Positions 32,043 through 46,130 of a DNA stretch of 64,000 bases are shown here, piece after piece (the stretch's first letter is position 1; each line of letters opens with the position of its first letter). The DNA lies in NCBI GenBank assembly GCA_001643675.2, contig LSRY02000006.1, positions 1,612,001 to 1,676,000 on the forward strand, written 5' to 3'. The position numbers and the translations under genes are program-made. Origin of the DNA: Monocercomonoides exilis PA203. Taxonomy: Eukaryota > Protista > Preaxostyla. The notes under the pieces were generated by a model that worked only from the letters and a program-made list of their open reading frames with translations, was not told the origin of the DNA and ran no database searches.

Positions 32043-35000
32043 TTATCTTTTTTCCAAAGAAGCATTATCATCCGTTGTAGAGTCAAGATCAGATAAGTCG
32101 CTATCTGATGATTGATGATTTTCACTTGTTAATTCATCAAAATCAATCATCTGTGTGGGAGTTTCTAAATGATGATCCTCTCTGAATTCCAGCATCTCCA
32201 CCCCATCACTCATCATCACAGAAGGACGTGCCTCATCTTTACGCTTCGTCAGTTCTTCATTCTGCTCTTCAGCATCTTCAAGAACCCTTTTTGCAAAGAC
32301 CTGGTCAACAACAGTAAAATGTTCATCAAATATACTACTTAGTACACGTTTGCAACCCATTAGCACAGCTTCTGATCCACTATTCATTGTATCGTACAAA
32401 AACGTTAAGCGCTGAATAATTTTTGTGTGATCTTGCTGATGAGCTCTAAATTCTGCAATGCTCAAAAAGTCAGTTTGCTCCATCTCTCTTTCTTCGCTTC
32501 TAAGGACAAGAACACAGAGTTGAATGAGCGTTATCATTCCTTGTGCAATGACGCTACTATCACCACCTTCCTTAATATCCTCAACCACAAGCTCTCCGCA
32601 CATCATCATCTTCTCGTGATTTTCGTCCCAATGTGATATGTATGTTCGCATTGATTGCAGAAGAACCATTTCTCGCTCTCCTTCTTCAATCGGCAACAGA
32701 CAGCGCAATTTGTCTGTTTGATGCTCATGATTTAGCGCTGAAGATCGAATGGGCAGCATAACGATAAAAAACGACAGAATCACTACAACACAGCAAATAA
32801 TACTTATGATCATTATCATCTTTTCACTGGAATTGGCATTACTCACGTATTTGTCATAAAGAGCCTTGGTGTAAGTTTGAAGCCCTTCAACAATGTCATA
32901 TTCAAGAGCAGCATTGATATATTGATAGAGAGGAGATGTTGCATCAATAGGAAGAGGATATTCTTCCATATTCTCGAATGAAATATAAAGGATATTTAAC
33001 CGAAGCCGCGAGATAAGCGATTGAATTCCGTAAACATTTGATCCAACTCCAGGGATGCGATCTGTTATAGGCATATCGCAAAGTGTTTTATTATTGAACA
33101 CACACTGACTAGAATCAAACAAAATATCTGTCTTGTATGGATTAGATGTTTGCAATTCAATATAGTGATTGAGAAGCTCATCTCCTGTTCCTATATGAGC
33201 CACTTTTGAATAGTGTATTCCAGTATAGATAGCTTCAAAATAATCACTCAGACCTACCATAATATTCTTTAGTAAAGTTCTGTTGCTCGACAGATGAGAA
33301 TCATTTTTCCAGACTGGATTAGTTGATTCAGAAAATGTGATTGGTACTGGAGATGTGAATGACGCTGCAGCTGGATGCACCAACCGGAATGCGAAATATC
33401 GTATCATAATCAGCACTGGAACTTCAATACCCGATAAAAATATTGCATCAGGTTCTCTCCAATTAGCAAAGCCGCTAATGATTGCAGCAAGAAACAGCGA
33501 TAGCCAAAATATTATAAATATCAAAAGTGAAACTGTAATTCTGACCTTCATTGATTTGTCGAGCGGGGTGGGAAACTTACTGTACGATTCGGACAGTACC
33601 TTAATGTTATCTTCCAGTTTTCGTTCCCATTCGACATCTGGAACAACACCTCGAATAAAGCCTTTTCTGGATATTCCTCTGTTTTCATCGTACTCATCCT
33701 CCCCCTTTCCACCAGGCATCACACTCCGCACATCATCCTCAACACTGTTTTGAAATGGAAGAGTTGCTTCTCCATGAAAGTTTGTATCAGCAATGTTTAT
33801 GCCACTTGATGAAGACAAAAAAGGAGAAGTGATTGCTGGACAAGCAATTGCTACATCAGCTCCCGATTGGTCAGAGACGCTCATTTGTTTGTTTCTTTTT
33901 GATTGAGGCTTTAAAGCGTTCTGTAGCTTCTTCTCCGTAGATGTTGATGGATTGATAGATATTGACAAAGATGTTGGAGATAATGTCAGAGAAGGAGAAA
34001 GCGATTCAGATTCAGACTGAGATGAAGAGGATGAATGTGATGAGGTGGATGATACATAAGCGTTGTATATCTGGGCTTGCTTCTGTGATGCTGATGTGGA
34101 TGCAAATCCATGGTCAGCTGATGATTGAGTTGATTGAGATTCAAAAGATTTATCTGTGACTTCTGGCTTGACAGGGAATATGGAAGGTAACTGTAACACA
34201 GCCTCAGGAGTTTTGGATGATTTAGGTTTTCCTGTTGTTGAAGAAAATATTCCTGTTCCTTCTTCATTTTCTTTCTTTTTGTAAACATTTTTCTTTCTTC
34301 TCTTTTGCCTTTTTTGTGGACGGTCAGCTTTTTCACTTATGTTTTCTGATGTTGCTGATGATGTTCCTGGTGAAGTTTGATGAGAAAGATGGAGATTAAC
34401 AGTTTCATTGCTTTGTGCTATAGAAATACCAGATGGTTGAATGGATCCATCTTTACTCTGACTGTTATTAGCATAAAAAGGAAACTTTGAAGGATCGTTG
34501 TGAAATGTCTGAGGAAGAAAAGAATTTGATATGTCAGGAAGAGGAAGTGATGGGAAATGAGGTGAAGGCTGTGAATTGAAAGGGGCGGTGCTGTTCAGCA
34601 AAGCAGGTGGACGAAGTGAGTACATTCCGTTTGAACTGTCATCAGGTACATTACTTTTTCTAACATCCATTCCTGTGCCAAAAATTGGAGGCTGCCAAAG
34701 CGCTGAAGAACCCATTAGATGTGGATCTGGCAAAGAAGGATTTTGAAGGGAGGATGAAGTGACAGGCAAATCTGTTGGACCCAAAGAAGGTGAAATGAAG
34801 TGGGATGGCTGAAATGAAGGAGTGGTGAAAAGATCTGTTGACATTGCCATTCCAGACTGCTGCAACTGGAGCTGCTGCAGCTGGCTTTCCTGGATCTGTT
34901 GCTGAAGTTGCAGTTGGAGCTGCTGGATTTGCTGCTGTTGGAGGATTATTGTGAGTGTAGTATTCATCTTTGGAGATGAAGACAGAGTTGGACTTGTTGG

Positions 35001-38000
35001 AGGAGCTGTCTTTCCAGTTAAAGAGGTTTCTGTTTTTATTGCCTTTGATTCAGAAGAGGATGAAGGAGAATGCGTTGTATGACGTGTATCCTGCGTCTTT
35101 TTCAATGGAATTTCAGAGCTGCTGACGCTGTCATTGCGGATATGACTGGACTCAGCGCTTTTGCCATCATTTGCAGTGCTGCTCTTTGGTGATGATGGGG
35201 TTGAATTATGACTCGACAGCTTTTCTGAGGCTTGAGGCAAAAATGATCCTGTGGAGCTTTGAGAAGCACTGGGGTGCAGAGCCAAATCTGGTTTGCTGCT
35301 TCTTGAATGAGATGAGCTGCGAGAGTCGTTGTGGGAGAGTTCTTCATGAGTGTCCAAGCTGTTTGTCTCCCCTTTGAATTGCGATTCCGATGTTGTTTTG
35401 CTTTCATCGCTCAAATCAGGAACATCATTTCTGAAAGCACCTTGTGCATCATCCTCTTCCACTTTAGCATCAAATTCAGGTTCTTTTGTTAACATTTCAG
35501 GTGATTGATTGTTCACGTTTCGAAGTTCTGTCAGTTCTGGTTTCTGAAGAATATTTAGTGTGCTATCATGTTGTTCTTCTGGCTGAAGTGGCTGCTTATC
35601 GTTTGATGCTGCTTCAAAGAATTCCCGCTGCATTCGTTCTTCTTCGACCTCTTCTTCATCCGCTGAAATAGTTGTATTATTCATTGATTTGTCATTAGCT
35701 CTATCTAAATCATCTCCAAGTTTTATATCTCTCTTATAATTTTGATTGACATAACCATTTAATTGAGCTAATTTTTCTTCATGTAACGTGTTGCCCATAT
35801 TTTTTTGAACATTTGGATTTTCTTTGTAAATTGGTGTTCCATCAGATTTACCTGCAGAAGCATTTTTGCTTTGCTTTTCTTGTGACTCCTTTTTGCGTTC
35901 AACAAGCAAAGGATCAGAATTCCAGCGCAGTGGGCAGTGAACAAAGCCAGATGTTATTACCTGAGGATCAGATACATTTTGATTATCAGCAATATAACGT
36001 TCACACGTATGATCGCCAGTTGCAGATAGATCAGTGTCAATGGTAGACGTAAATAGAAGTCGATTTTCTGTTGACAATTCTTCTGCTTTTGGAAGGCCGC
36101 TACCTCCACCGAACGCAAAATCGTTTTCACCTGAACCTTCTCTTTTGTTTGAGATGTCTGATATTGTACTCTCAAATGTATGAATGTAGTTATCAAAGCC
36201 ATCTTCTGCCTCCGCTTCAATCTCGTTATTGTCAATTGTTTCATTTTGTTTTGATTCCAAATTGTCTTTTTGGTCATTATTGCTTGAATAAGCATTCATT
36301 TTTACTTGGTTAATATCAACAAACCTGGAATGAAAACCTTCTTCCTCAAACTCATCAATATCGTCAATGTCATCTATTGAACTTGGGAGAGTCAGAGTGG
36401 AGCAAGTGAGTTGTGTGCTAGCTTCAGATATATTCGGGTTTGTCCTATTTGGAAACAATAACATTGTTGGTGGTGCAAGATTTTGTTTGATGTTGCCTGA
36501 CGAAAGCGATTCGTAATTTTGTGATTGTAACATCTTTGGATTGAGCAAGTAGCTTTCATAGCCGTATATGTCAGTTGAAGCTGACGTGGAAGCTGAAAGT
36601 GAGGAAAGGATAGTGGATGTTGCTGTTGTGGGACGAGAAATGCTCAGGTTGAAAAGCGAATGAGCGTCGAGAGAAACTCCATCTGCACTTTCTGTTGAGG
36701 AATGCAAGAGGAGATGATGAGAAGAGTGCGGAAATGGAGCAGAACCTTGTTGAATGGCAGACATCGAACATGAGCCAGAGGGAGAAAAAATGGAAGGAAT
36801 CGAAGAGATTGTCCCGGATGCAGAAATTGAGGATTTTTGAGAGGAAGGCGAAAAAAGTGAAGCTTGCAAAACAGAATTCTGATTTTGAATTAGATTATTC
36901 AAAGGAAGTGAATGAGAGGATGCTGTTGTTGAAGAGGCAATTGTTAAGTCAGGAGACAAAGGCAAGAGAAATTCAAAAGTGTGATCTTGCGCAATTTGAT
37001 GGGAAGGCGCATTCTGAAAAGTTGGGCTGTGAGCTCGTTCCGATGCTCCCTGCACATTGCGGCTCACTTCTGTTTGATGAATTTTGCCCTCAAGCTTTTC
37101 ACTTGTCTTTTGAGGTGATAGCGTACTCAAAGAAGATGCATCACTTTCATCATGATCTTCATCTTTAACGATGCATTCACCAGATTTGTCTGCTTCTTCA
37201 TTTTTCACGTTACTCTCGCAAAGGTTATCACCGTTCTCCTGTTCCTCATCTATCGTACCTTCGTTTTCAGCTAAAAATAATTGCTGTTGATTGGATTGAT
37301 TGCCTGATGATTCATTTGCTTGTCCATTTGCCGCAGCAGATTCTGCATCTCTTCCGCCAAAGTGCTGGTGAAGATGACTTCTGCTATGCACCTGCTGATT
37401 CTGGCTGTCTCTGCTATTGAATGAGCCAATATTCCACTGAGCCTTTCTTATCATTGCTTCAGTTGTTATTGATGTTGGAGTGGAAGACATAGAACTCGAA
37501 GATGCACTTGATGATCCAGTAGTTGTGTCAACAGGAGTGAATGGTGATGACTTGAAGAGATTCGACTCCGAAGAGAATACAGCTGGCGTTTCAGGAGATG
37601 AAAGCTCAGTGTGACTTTGTCCATCTCCTTCAAATGATTCTGAAAGAGTACGATGCGACAAAAATGTTGCTGGCATTTCAAGCTTATCAAGGCCCATGTT
37701 GTCTGATGTGAAGCGAGATCCAGTTGACATGTGCGAGAGAGTCATTCCATCTTGCTCACTGCTAACATTTTCAGTAAATGCAGCATTTGGTGAAAGTGCA
37801 GCAGCAGAACTAAGAGGGAGTCGGGGATTATCCTGATACGAAAAATTGTCTTGTGACATTACTCGATGTCGATGTGGTTCTGAAAGTGGACTAGAAAGAG
37901 CACGAGATTGTTTTTCAACAACTTGCAGCGGTTCTACTATTTTTATCTCAGACTGCGACTCTGCATTTGCGAGATGTATTTGAGCTCTAAGCTGTTTATC

Positions 38001-41000
38001 TTCTTCTTTTTCTCTGATTTTTTCTGATTTATTCGAATGCCTTGATGAAATGCTTTTTGAAGACATGCGTTGTTTTTTGGACTGTAAGGATTCTTGCGAA
38101 TAATTCATATGCCTTGCATCACTCATTTCATTTTCTTCTTTTGTTTGTTCTTTGCCTTTTGTTTCCTCATTTGAATATTCTCCTTTAATAGTTCTTTCGT
38201 CATTTTTTTTGTAACTATTTTTCCTTCCCAAGTTTCTGTTTTTTCGGACAAGAAAAGAATCGGAAGTTTGCCTTTTCTGTGTCTTTTTCGACTGCTTTTC
38301 ATCACTTCCTGAACTTGTACAGAGCTTCATAATCTTCTCAGATTTTGAGTGCGACACTTTGTCTGCAAGTGCAAAAATGTCGATGTGTTTGCCAAGTGAT
38401 GCATTTCTGAATGACTTTCGTGAATTCGAATGATGCAGCAATGGAGTCCGATCGGCAAATATTTCACTGCTGTCCACGCTGTCTGAATTTGAGTTATTGG
38501 ATGACAAAGTTTCAATTGTGGGAAAATGCGAACGTGCTGTGTCTTGAGCCAAAGATCTCATCGAAAGAGTATTGTTCAGCGAGGGGAATATTGACTGGGA
38601 AAGAGATCGAACCATTTCGCTTTTGCTGGCTGAGCCAGATCCATGCGATTGGAGCAAAGTTGGCACGAATGGATGCCCAGTATGATCGGCAGGGGCATGC
38701 TTCGTCTGTTCTTGCTGGGCCATAAGCTGGTTTGTAGTCAAAAATGCAAGCGGAATTGTCGAACGGCTTCCCTGGCGAACAAGTGGCTGGCTTTCAACAA
38801 GAGCCATTGGAGTTGTGTTCTGCTGGTTGGTCAACATTTGCAGTGTGTCCTCTGAGCGTGTCTTTGAATGTGTGTCATCGTCGTTATCTTTGTCTCTTTG
38901 GAGAAGACGCCTCAGCACATTTTGGATTTTAATTTTCGGAATGTCCAGAAGTTGCACCATTGATTCATGACGTCGTTTTGTGAGGGTAGACACCATGTAA
39001 ATGTAGAGCATGCTTAGACTTCCAAATGCCAACAGAGTAAGAAATGAGATGCACACAAGATAAACCACATATGCGCTGAAGTATGAATTATTCGCCAAAT
39101 CAACATAATCTTTCATGATCAGTTTTTCCCCGTCAAAAATCGGAAGAAAACTGTTAAACATCAACAAAAGAAGATGCTCTTTGTAATATGGCACATCAGT
39201 CTCCAAATTAACCGAGCTTCCAACCTGTGACATTGATTGCGAAGCTAAAGTGATTGCAGAAAGCATTGTCACTTGCTCCGGAATCATCTGGCTTATTGTT
39301 GTTGTGCTGTTGTCCATGTCAATTATGTGGAGAGACACGGATGCACTCTCCCAGCTCGAGGAGTCCATTGTTGATAAGTAGACATCCGCGAAATGTGTTA
39401 TGAATTCTTCAGAACACTTCTTTATGTGCGAAAGAATATCAGCAAGCGGCTCAATTGCCAGTGCAGCTGATCCGTTGAGAAGGGCGTTGTTGTAATCAGC
39501 AGAGTGAGCCAGAACCTGAATGGAGTCAACAGCAAACATCGCTGTGATAGCAGACAGTTGGCACATTCCATACAAGTTTTTAACACAAAGAAGGTCTTTA
39601 TTTCTATTCTCAATGAACAAAAACAAAAGTCCAATAACTCCTCCGCAATACAAAATCATCCCAGTAACAATTGCGATAAAGAATTTCTTGTCGTTCATTC
39701 TGAGTTGTGAATGCTTTGGACCCATCGAATCAGCTAGTTGCATAATCAAAGCCTGTTGCGCAGCTGCTTTGTTTTGCAGCAACTTGTTCTTTTTCTTCTT
39801 CTTCTTCTTTCTCTTTTTCGATTTGTCGTGACTATGCCCCTTTAACTTCACCCCCAATAGTTTTTTCGAACTATGCTTCTGCACATCTTCAGCGATTCTG
39901 GTTGAGTGATATTGCTTTATCGTTTGGGTGTGCTTTTTCTCGTTTGCACCAGCAAAAAGAAGAGGCACTTTATCCATTTCCACATTGTCGTCTTGAATGT
40001 CACTGTTACTTTCAGTGTCTGTTTCAGAATGGCTTTCTTCCAAAGAAATAACCTCATTTTTCGTCACACTGGAATTCTCATTTCTTCCGTTTTTGAATCC
40101 CTCTTTGACTTCATTACTGGAGAACTCAGGAGAAGAACCCATTGCTTTCCCGTTAGCATTTACAATTCGATTTTGAGTGTTCTCTTTTTGATGATTACAA
40201 GGATTATTCTCGTTATTGGCATGACAATACTCCTGAAATGCGCTGTGCGGAGAATTCAATATCCTCATATCGTCTTTGTTCACCAGATTCCCATCGGGAG
40301 CGCTACGTAAATTATCCTCATTCAAAGAAGCAGCCGCACTGACACCATTTAGCAGACGAGCCCTTTCGCAAAATAGCGAATCTGTAATCGCGTTCGAGCG
40401 TCGGGAGCGCGAAATATCGTCATCCGAACTGATTGGAGTGCTGCTTGGGCTCCTTGACTTGCTGCTCTCAAACGGAGCCTGCGGGTTGAATGAAGCTTCT
40501 TTCTGGTCCTGCGATGTGGGTGACACAGCTTCTCCTGGCTGTGAAAGTGTGACTGTGAGCGTCGGGGTGAAAAAACCGACTTCGCGTGACTCTTCTTCTT
40601 CGATCTGATCGGCGTGCAGAAAGATCAGCGCGGCTGTCTCGTCCTCGCGGTAGATGTCCATCAGAAGCTGGCCATACATCCGAAGCAGCTGCACATTCAG
40701 AGGATGCGCCCGCAGCAGCTCCTCAAAGCAGCGCCGGGACTCAGCTTCGCTGGCGACCACCTGCCGAAGCTGCGACGGGTACAAATTGAAGTTTGGGTGC
40801 TGCTGGATGATGTTTTCCCAGAACTCGCTGAGTGTCTGCTTCGCTTCGGCGTGGTGCTCCATTGCTCGGTAGAGCATCGACTTGAAGGTGAGCGTGGCGA
40901 CTTCCGAGTCCTGCTCGTTGTTGTCCCCTCGCTCGCTTGTGCTGGAGCTCCTGTCAGACTCCGCGTTCTTGCAGAAGAGCACAAAGCGAAGAGATATCGA

Positions 41001-42631
41001 TGCGTTGCTATATTGGATCTGCCGGAACACAACACTCGCTTTGGCATAGTTCTTTTTGAAGTACGACAGAAAACAGCCATATTGGAAGAGCAGCTGTGTG
41101 TTGTTTCGGTGGCGCTTAATAGCCAGCTGATAGACGTAATCGACGTATTCCATGTACTTTTCGTTTCGGAATCTGCGCTCCTGAAGAAAGCGGAGTGAAG
41201 GCTCGATTTCATTTGTGTATTTCAGTTTAAGGAAGTGATCTTGCTCGGGTGAAGTGACACCCTCTGAAATGACATGAGTTTCAGGGCTGTTAGGTGGATG
41301 TGAAAAAGAGAACGGTGATTGTGATGTGAAAGCTGGAGCAGCAGAAGAAGTAGACGGTGAAGGAGACGAAGGAGCTCCAAGCTGAAGCTGAGGATGGTTG
41401 TTTGAGTGCAGATTTGCAACATCACATTTGTTGTCTGGAATTTCGTGATTAGAACCAGGCAAAGGTATTTTTGACTTAACATCAATTAGAGGTTGCTCGT
41501 CTTTTGTCAGAAGCCACAATTTTTTCCTTCTTCTACCCATCCAGATACAAAATATAATGCTCAACCCAAATCCGCAAGCAAAGCCTATTATTGTTGACAA
41601 TAAATAAATTCTGTTAATAATTGTCTTGTCGCAACCATTAAAATATGTGTCTTCAAGTTCATAGCCAATTTCTCGGCTGATGTACATTAGCATAAACACA
41701 TTGTACCTCATTATGAATAAGCAATTGCCTGTCGTCCAGTAGAATGGTTGAATTTGAATGATGTATATTGTCAGAGATACGCAAAACCCTACAATAACAA
41801 CACCGCGTAAAAATGCCCATTCGCCACAAAGTTTTAATAGAAGAATCAGTGAGATAATAAATAGTCCATCTAAAGCATTAATCGTTCCTGTGGAAGAAGA
41901 TAATAATTTACCACCTTTTGGATTGTAATTATAAATAAACAATCTGTAGAAAATGCTCCAAACAGTTGAAATGATTAATAAAATAAATGTGCAAATAGCT
42001 GCACCTATCTGGTAACTGTTTGAGCCAAAGCATTCAAGTGACCCAACTCTTGTGATATACTTATTGTCAACTTTATAACAATTTATCGATTCCAAAGATA
42101 TAGTGTAAATTGGAATGAATAAAAATTGATCAAAAATTGTTGCGATAACTCTCTCTATGGTGATAATTCTTGGATGAGTAGTAATAATATTTTTGAAGAA
42201 AATTCCAGAAAGTACAAATATAATGACAACAACGATGTAGATGAGCAGAAGTACAAAAATTAGCACAGTAAAATTAGATTCCAGCAACATGGCATATTTT
42301 GTTCCTTCAATATAGCCTGCCATTGATATGTGCAAGTAATATATCTCAATTGATCCATTTGTTCGTATAAATGATAAAGAGCACAATTGAACCGTTTGGA
42401 TGAGCCATAAAATAAAAAAGGGTATGCTGCTGATAGGTTTTTTCTGTGTAATACATGCAAAAAATAAAATAATTAATAAAAACAAAAAATGATTAAGATA
42501 ATAGAAACCTGATTGTAAAATGGATAATAACTTTTAAAAATCAATGATTCTAATGGATTGAATTTTTGCTCTGGTAGCAAAGCAACGGCAGAAGAGCTTC
42601 CAAACGAAGAAAAGCTCTTTTCATCTTCCAT
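32043..42631 (-). CDS. Giant TmcB/TmcC-like multi-pass membrane protein with a C-terminal hemerythrin-like domain; exons 42631-42509, 42443-32043
   Basis: Phase-0 intron 42508-42444. N-terminal multi-TM block; TPR-like helical region (LSEFWENI..FEELLRAHPLNVQLLRMYGQLLMDIY); two TM-flanked extracellular segments, followed by LLDIP and CLLP respectively. C-terminal WDENH..SEEREM..HQQDH..EHFTVVD fits the hemerythrin signature. Confidence 0.8.
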
Positions 42632-42805
42632 ATATAAATGTTATAGTGGGTTTCATTTCCAAAAAATTTAAGAAAGGGGAGATCAAGATGAAAATTATTA
42701 TTTTTAAATCGTTTCAATTTTCTACAGTTGTAAATTATGTTTGGTGGGGAAAAAATAGTTATAAAAAAGCCATTTCATCATTTTTTAAAGAATGAACGTT
42801 AACCG

Positions 42806-45003
42806 ATGATTTCAAGAAAAAAGTTTGAACAGGAAAGTAATGAAAGTCAGAAAAGACAAAACGAATGCTCTGATGAAGAAACGTTTAAAACAGGTTTGAG
42901 ATTGTTGGTTGCATGATATAAAATGTTAATTTTAACTGATACTTTTGCTTTTATTGCAAATTAGAAGTTTCCTCGGAAAATATATCACTAGGAAAAATCC
43001 CTTCAAGGTTGCAAGAAACATGCTTGAATTTTCCTGATTCAAGCAATTTACAACAAGTAAATCTTGCGAATTTCAGACTTCCCGATCCGTTATATTTAAT
43101 TTCATCTCGAGTAGTTCCTGAAAGCCACTTTTCTCTTTCATCATCTTTTGAGAATGACGAAAAATCATCATCAAATTCAAATGAAATAAATTCTTCAAAA
43201 GATGAAACGAGAACATTTCCATCTACAAATCATTCCCCTGATTGTCATTCTCGACTTGAAATAAAAAAACGATCATTAAAATCTCTTTTATTGCCTCCTG
43301 AAACAAATGAGAATTTCAATTTTTTCCGTCGAATGAAAACGAATCGAATAAAAGAAACCGAATTTAAGGAGAACATAAAGCAAACACGTGAGTTTTCGAT
43401 TGAAAAGAACGCTCAAGAAGAAGGCAAACTTTCTGATAAAGATATTTTCAGTTCAGGAAGTATTGAACAATCAAACAAAGAAAAGAAGGAAAATTATTGT
43501 TTTGTTGTTTTGGAAGAGGTCATAATGCCACGTTCCATTGTTAGAGAAAAAATCGAAGAATATTTGGATTTTGGAGAAGAAACACAAAAGCTTAGAGATG
43601 AACTTTCTGAAGATGATCAAAAAGATGAAAATGCAATTTCAACAAAAAATAATTATGAACAAAACGGTACAGATAATGATTCTTTATCAATAAAAGAGAA
43701 AGGCAAATCAACTTCATTTTCTTCTTTTTCTCAGCTTCATTCATTTTCCAATTCTTATTCACCAAGATTTCAAACATCGTTGACAAAAAGGAAATCAACA
43801 AAACAAATCATTCAATTCCCAGAACTTCTCATATCTCCTCTTCTTTTCTTTGGATCAAGCAACATCGATCCATGCATTGTGAAGTTTCATGAATTGAGAA
43901 AATTGTTTGAATTTAAAGAACCCCAAACAGCTTGCTATCCAGAATCCTCGCAAAAATGCTCTCATACAAGTAATGAAGAAAATGAAAATGCTCCAATCTC
44001 AACGATCAACGCGGAGCGTTCGACATTATCTAGTGGCATTCCCCAACAAGACAATTTTTGTGAAATTCACTCTTTTTGGCTTCATTCTATCAAAATAAAA
44101 AAGGATTTGAATCTTCTTCGTCAACCGAAACATCCAATTTCAACTTTTATGAGTCCTTCATTGAATGAACTTGAGAAATTTCCTCACTTTTTCAGCAGCG
44201 AGTTTTTGAACTGTTTGCCATTGCTCCACGAAAGTGAAGTCAAGTGCTTACAAGAAGACAAACACGGTGCCAGTGCACATTTTTTGATCACAGCGTCTCA
44301 AACTTACTCCAATCAGGCAAAACCTTTGTTATTCTTTACACCTTTCAATTCATTTCAACACTCCAAAGAAAGTTCTCATTCAATTTCAAATGCTCAAAAT
44401 TCTTCATCAGCTCAACCATCAAAGTTGCCTCTCGCTTCTAATTGTGCTTCAACTTCTACAGATTCTTCAAAACTTAATCCAACGGATGAACATTCAAACA
44501 ATATCTTTTCGATAAACTCACCTTTCGTTCAAACGCTGAAGCAAATAACGTTTTCGAAGCAGATGTTTATTACACGCTTTCTTTCGTATTTGATGAATCC
44601 CCATTTTATTGCCACACACATAGCAAATGAAATTATGAATTCAGGCTCTTCTGCATCGAACTCAAGAACAGAAACTTCTAATGAAGCATTCGCAATCACC
44701 AGTCAATTAACTTTGGCAAATGCCACTCGATTTATTTACGCTCTTCCCATGTCAAATGCATTCACTCAACTTGGGAAAAAACCTCCATCTCAACTACAGC
44801 ATCCTCCATTTAGAATTTTAGAGCAAGAAAAACAAACTATTTACCTTCCTCGCTCAATGTCTCTGGATGATCTTTCCAAATTTCTTTTAAAAGAGATATC
44901 AAAAAGCTTTTCAACTCAAAAAGCCCACAAATTTTTTGTTATGACCATTTTAATTTTAACTTCTTATGGATCCGTCATCCAATCTTTAAATACAAAGCTG
45001 TGA
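42806..45003 (+). CDS. Hypothetical protein; exons 42806-42893, 42965-45003
   Basis: A phase-1 GT-AG intron (42894-42964) joins an ATG exon in frame to the 664-aa ORF. No domain recognised. Confidence 0.65.
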
Positions 45004-45134
45004 CTTTTCACTTTCTAATAATGCTTTTGTTATTTGCCCATTTATAAAAAATAGCTTTTTCATAAAAGTGCCTCAATGAATAAGTAAAAGCAAAAACAAA
45101 ATTGAGCGAGAAAGGCTAATATGTGCCTTTTCTT

Positions 45135-45901
45135 TTACATCTTGTTGATGCTTACAGTGTCAGCCGATTGAACCTCGTCAAATTCTTCAATTTGTTCCTG
45201 GATTTCTTCAGTAGATGGAACTTTTTCATCTTCAATGACAAATCCGATTTGCAGCTTCTTTGCTCCAAATGCAATCTCAACCAATTTGTCTGAAAAAATA
45301 TAAAAGAGTATCGTATGCAACATTAGTCATCATACAAATTTAAAAAAACTTCTATTTTCAAAAATCACAAGCAAAAATACAAACGCTCTCCCCATGTGAG
45401 TCCATCTTTTTGGATTGCTCTCACCTTTGCGGCAAGTTCTTGCAGATCAGTTTCATCATCATATGGTTTAACTTCCATGATGCACATTGACTTTGCAATG
45501 TCAACTTTTCCCTTTGCTTTGTTCTTTGCATCAATTCTTGCTTGAGCCTCCTTTGCTCTTCTATCAAAATCGGCCTCGCGTCTAGCTTCTTCCTCAGAAT
45601 CTTCATCACCAAAAAGATCGAAGTCATCTTCATCCTTTTTGGCTTCTTTCTTTTTGTCATCATCGAACAATTCAAAGTCATCATCTTTCTTTTCTTTTTC
45701 ATCCTTTGATTTCCAGGATGCACGTTGGCATGGGCAGAAGCTTGCAATATGGTTATACCAACGGCGAACATGGGCATGATGCTTCAGATCAGCAAGATTA
45801 ATTTTTTCGAATGTTTCTGCATCTTTCTTTGATGGGTAGCATCCCTCAAGATAGCTAGAGGTAGAGAGAGTAACGTTAAGTGTTGCAAGATCAACTGACA
45901 T
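45135..45901 (-). CDS. EEF1B: Translation elongation factor 1-beta (eEF1B alpha); exons 45901-45385, 45289-45135
   Basis: SYLEGCYPSKKD, HVRRWYNHIAS, DDFDLFGDED, IAKSMCIMEVKPYDDETDL, DGLTWGE|HKLVEIAFGAKKLQIGFVIEDEKV, VQSADTVSINKM. Confidence 0.96.
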
Positions 45902-46130
45902 CCTTACAGAGCAAATTTAATCAATCAAAAAATCTGTTAAAATGATATTTTTGTTGATCTAAGATCACACATAAATGATGATATGGTATCATTTTCTAAT
46001 TGTTGCACATTTTCAATTAGATCAATTGCATAAAAAAAATGATATTAAACAAAGAAAAAAATATTTTTATTTTTATTTTTTTGGTGAGGTGAATTTGCCT
46101 TCGTGAAATGATTTTTTATTTGATAAATAC

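Noticed and set aside
45975-46060. Perfect box C (ATGATGA) between EF-1beta and NOC3
   Set aside because: No CTGA box D with a closing stem at a suitable distance.
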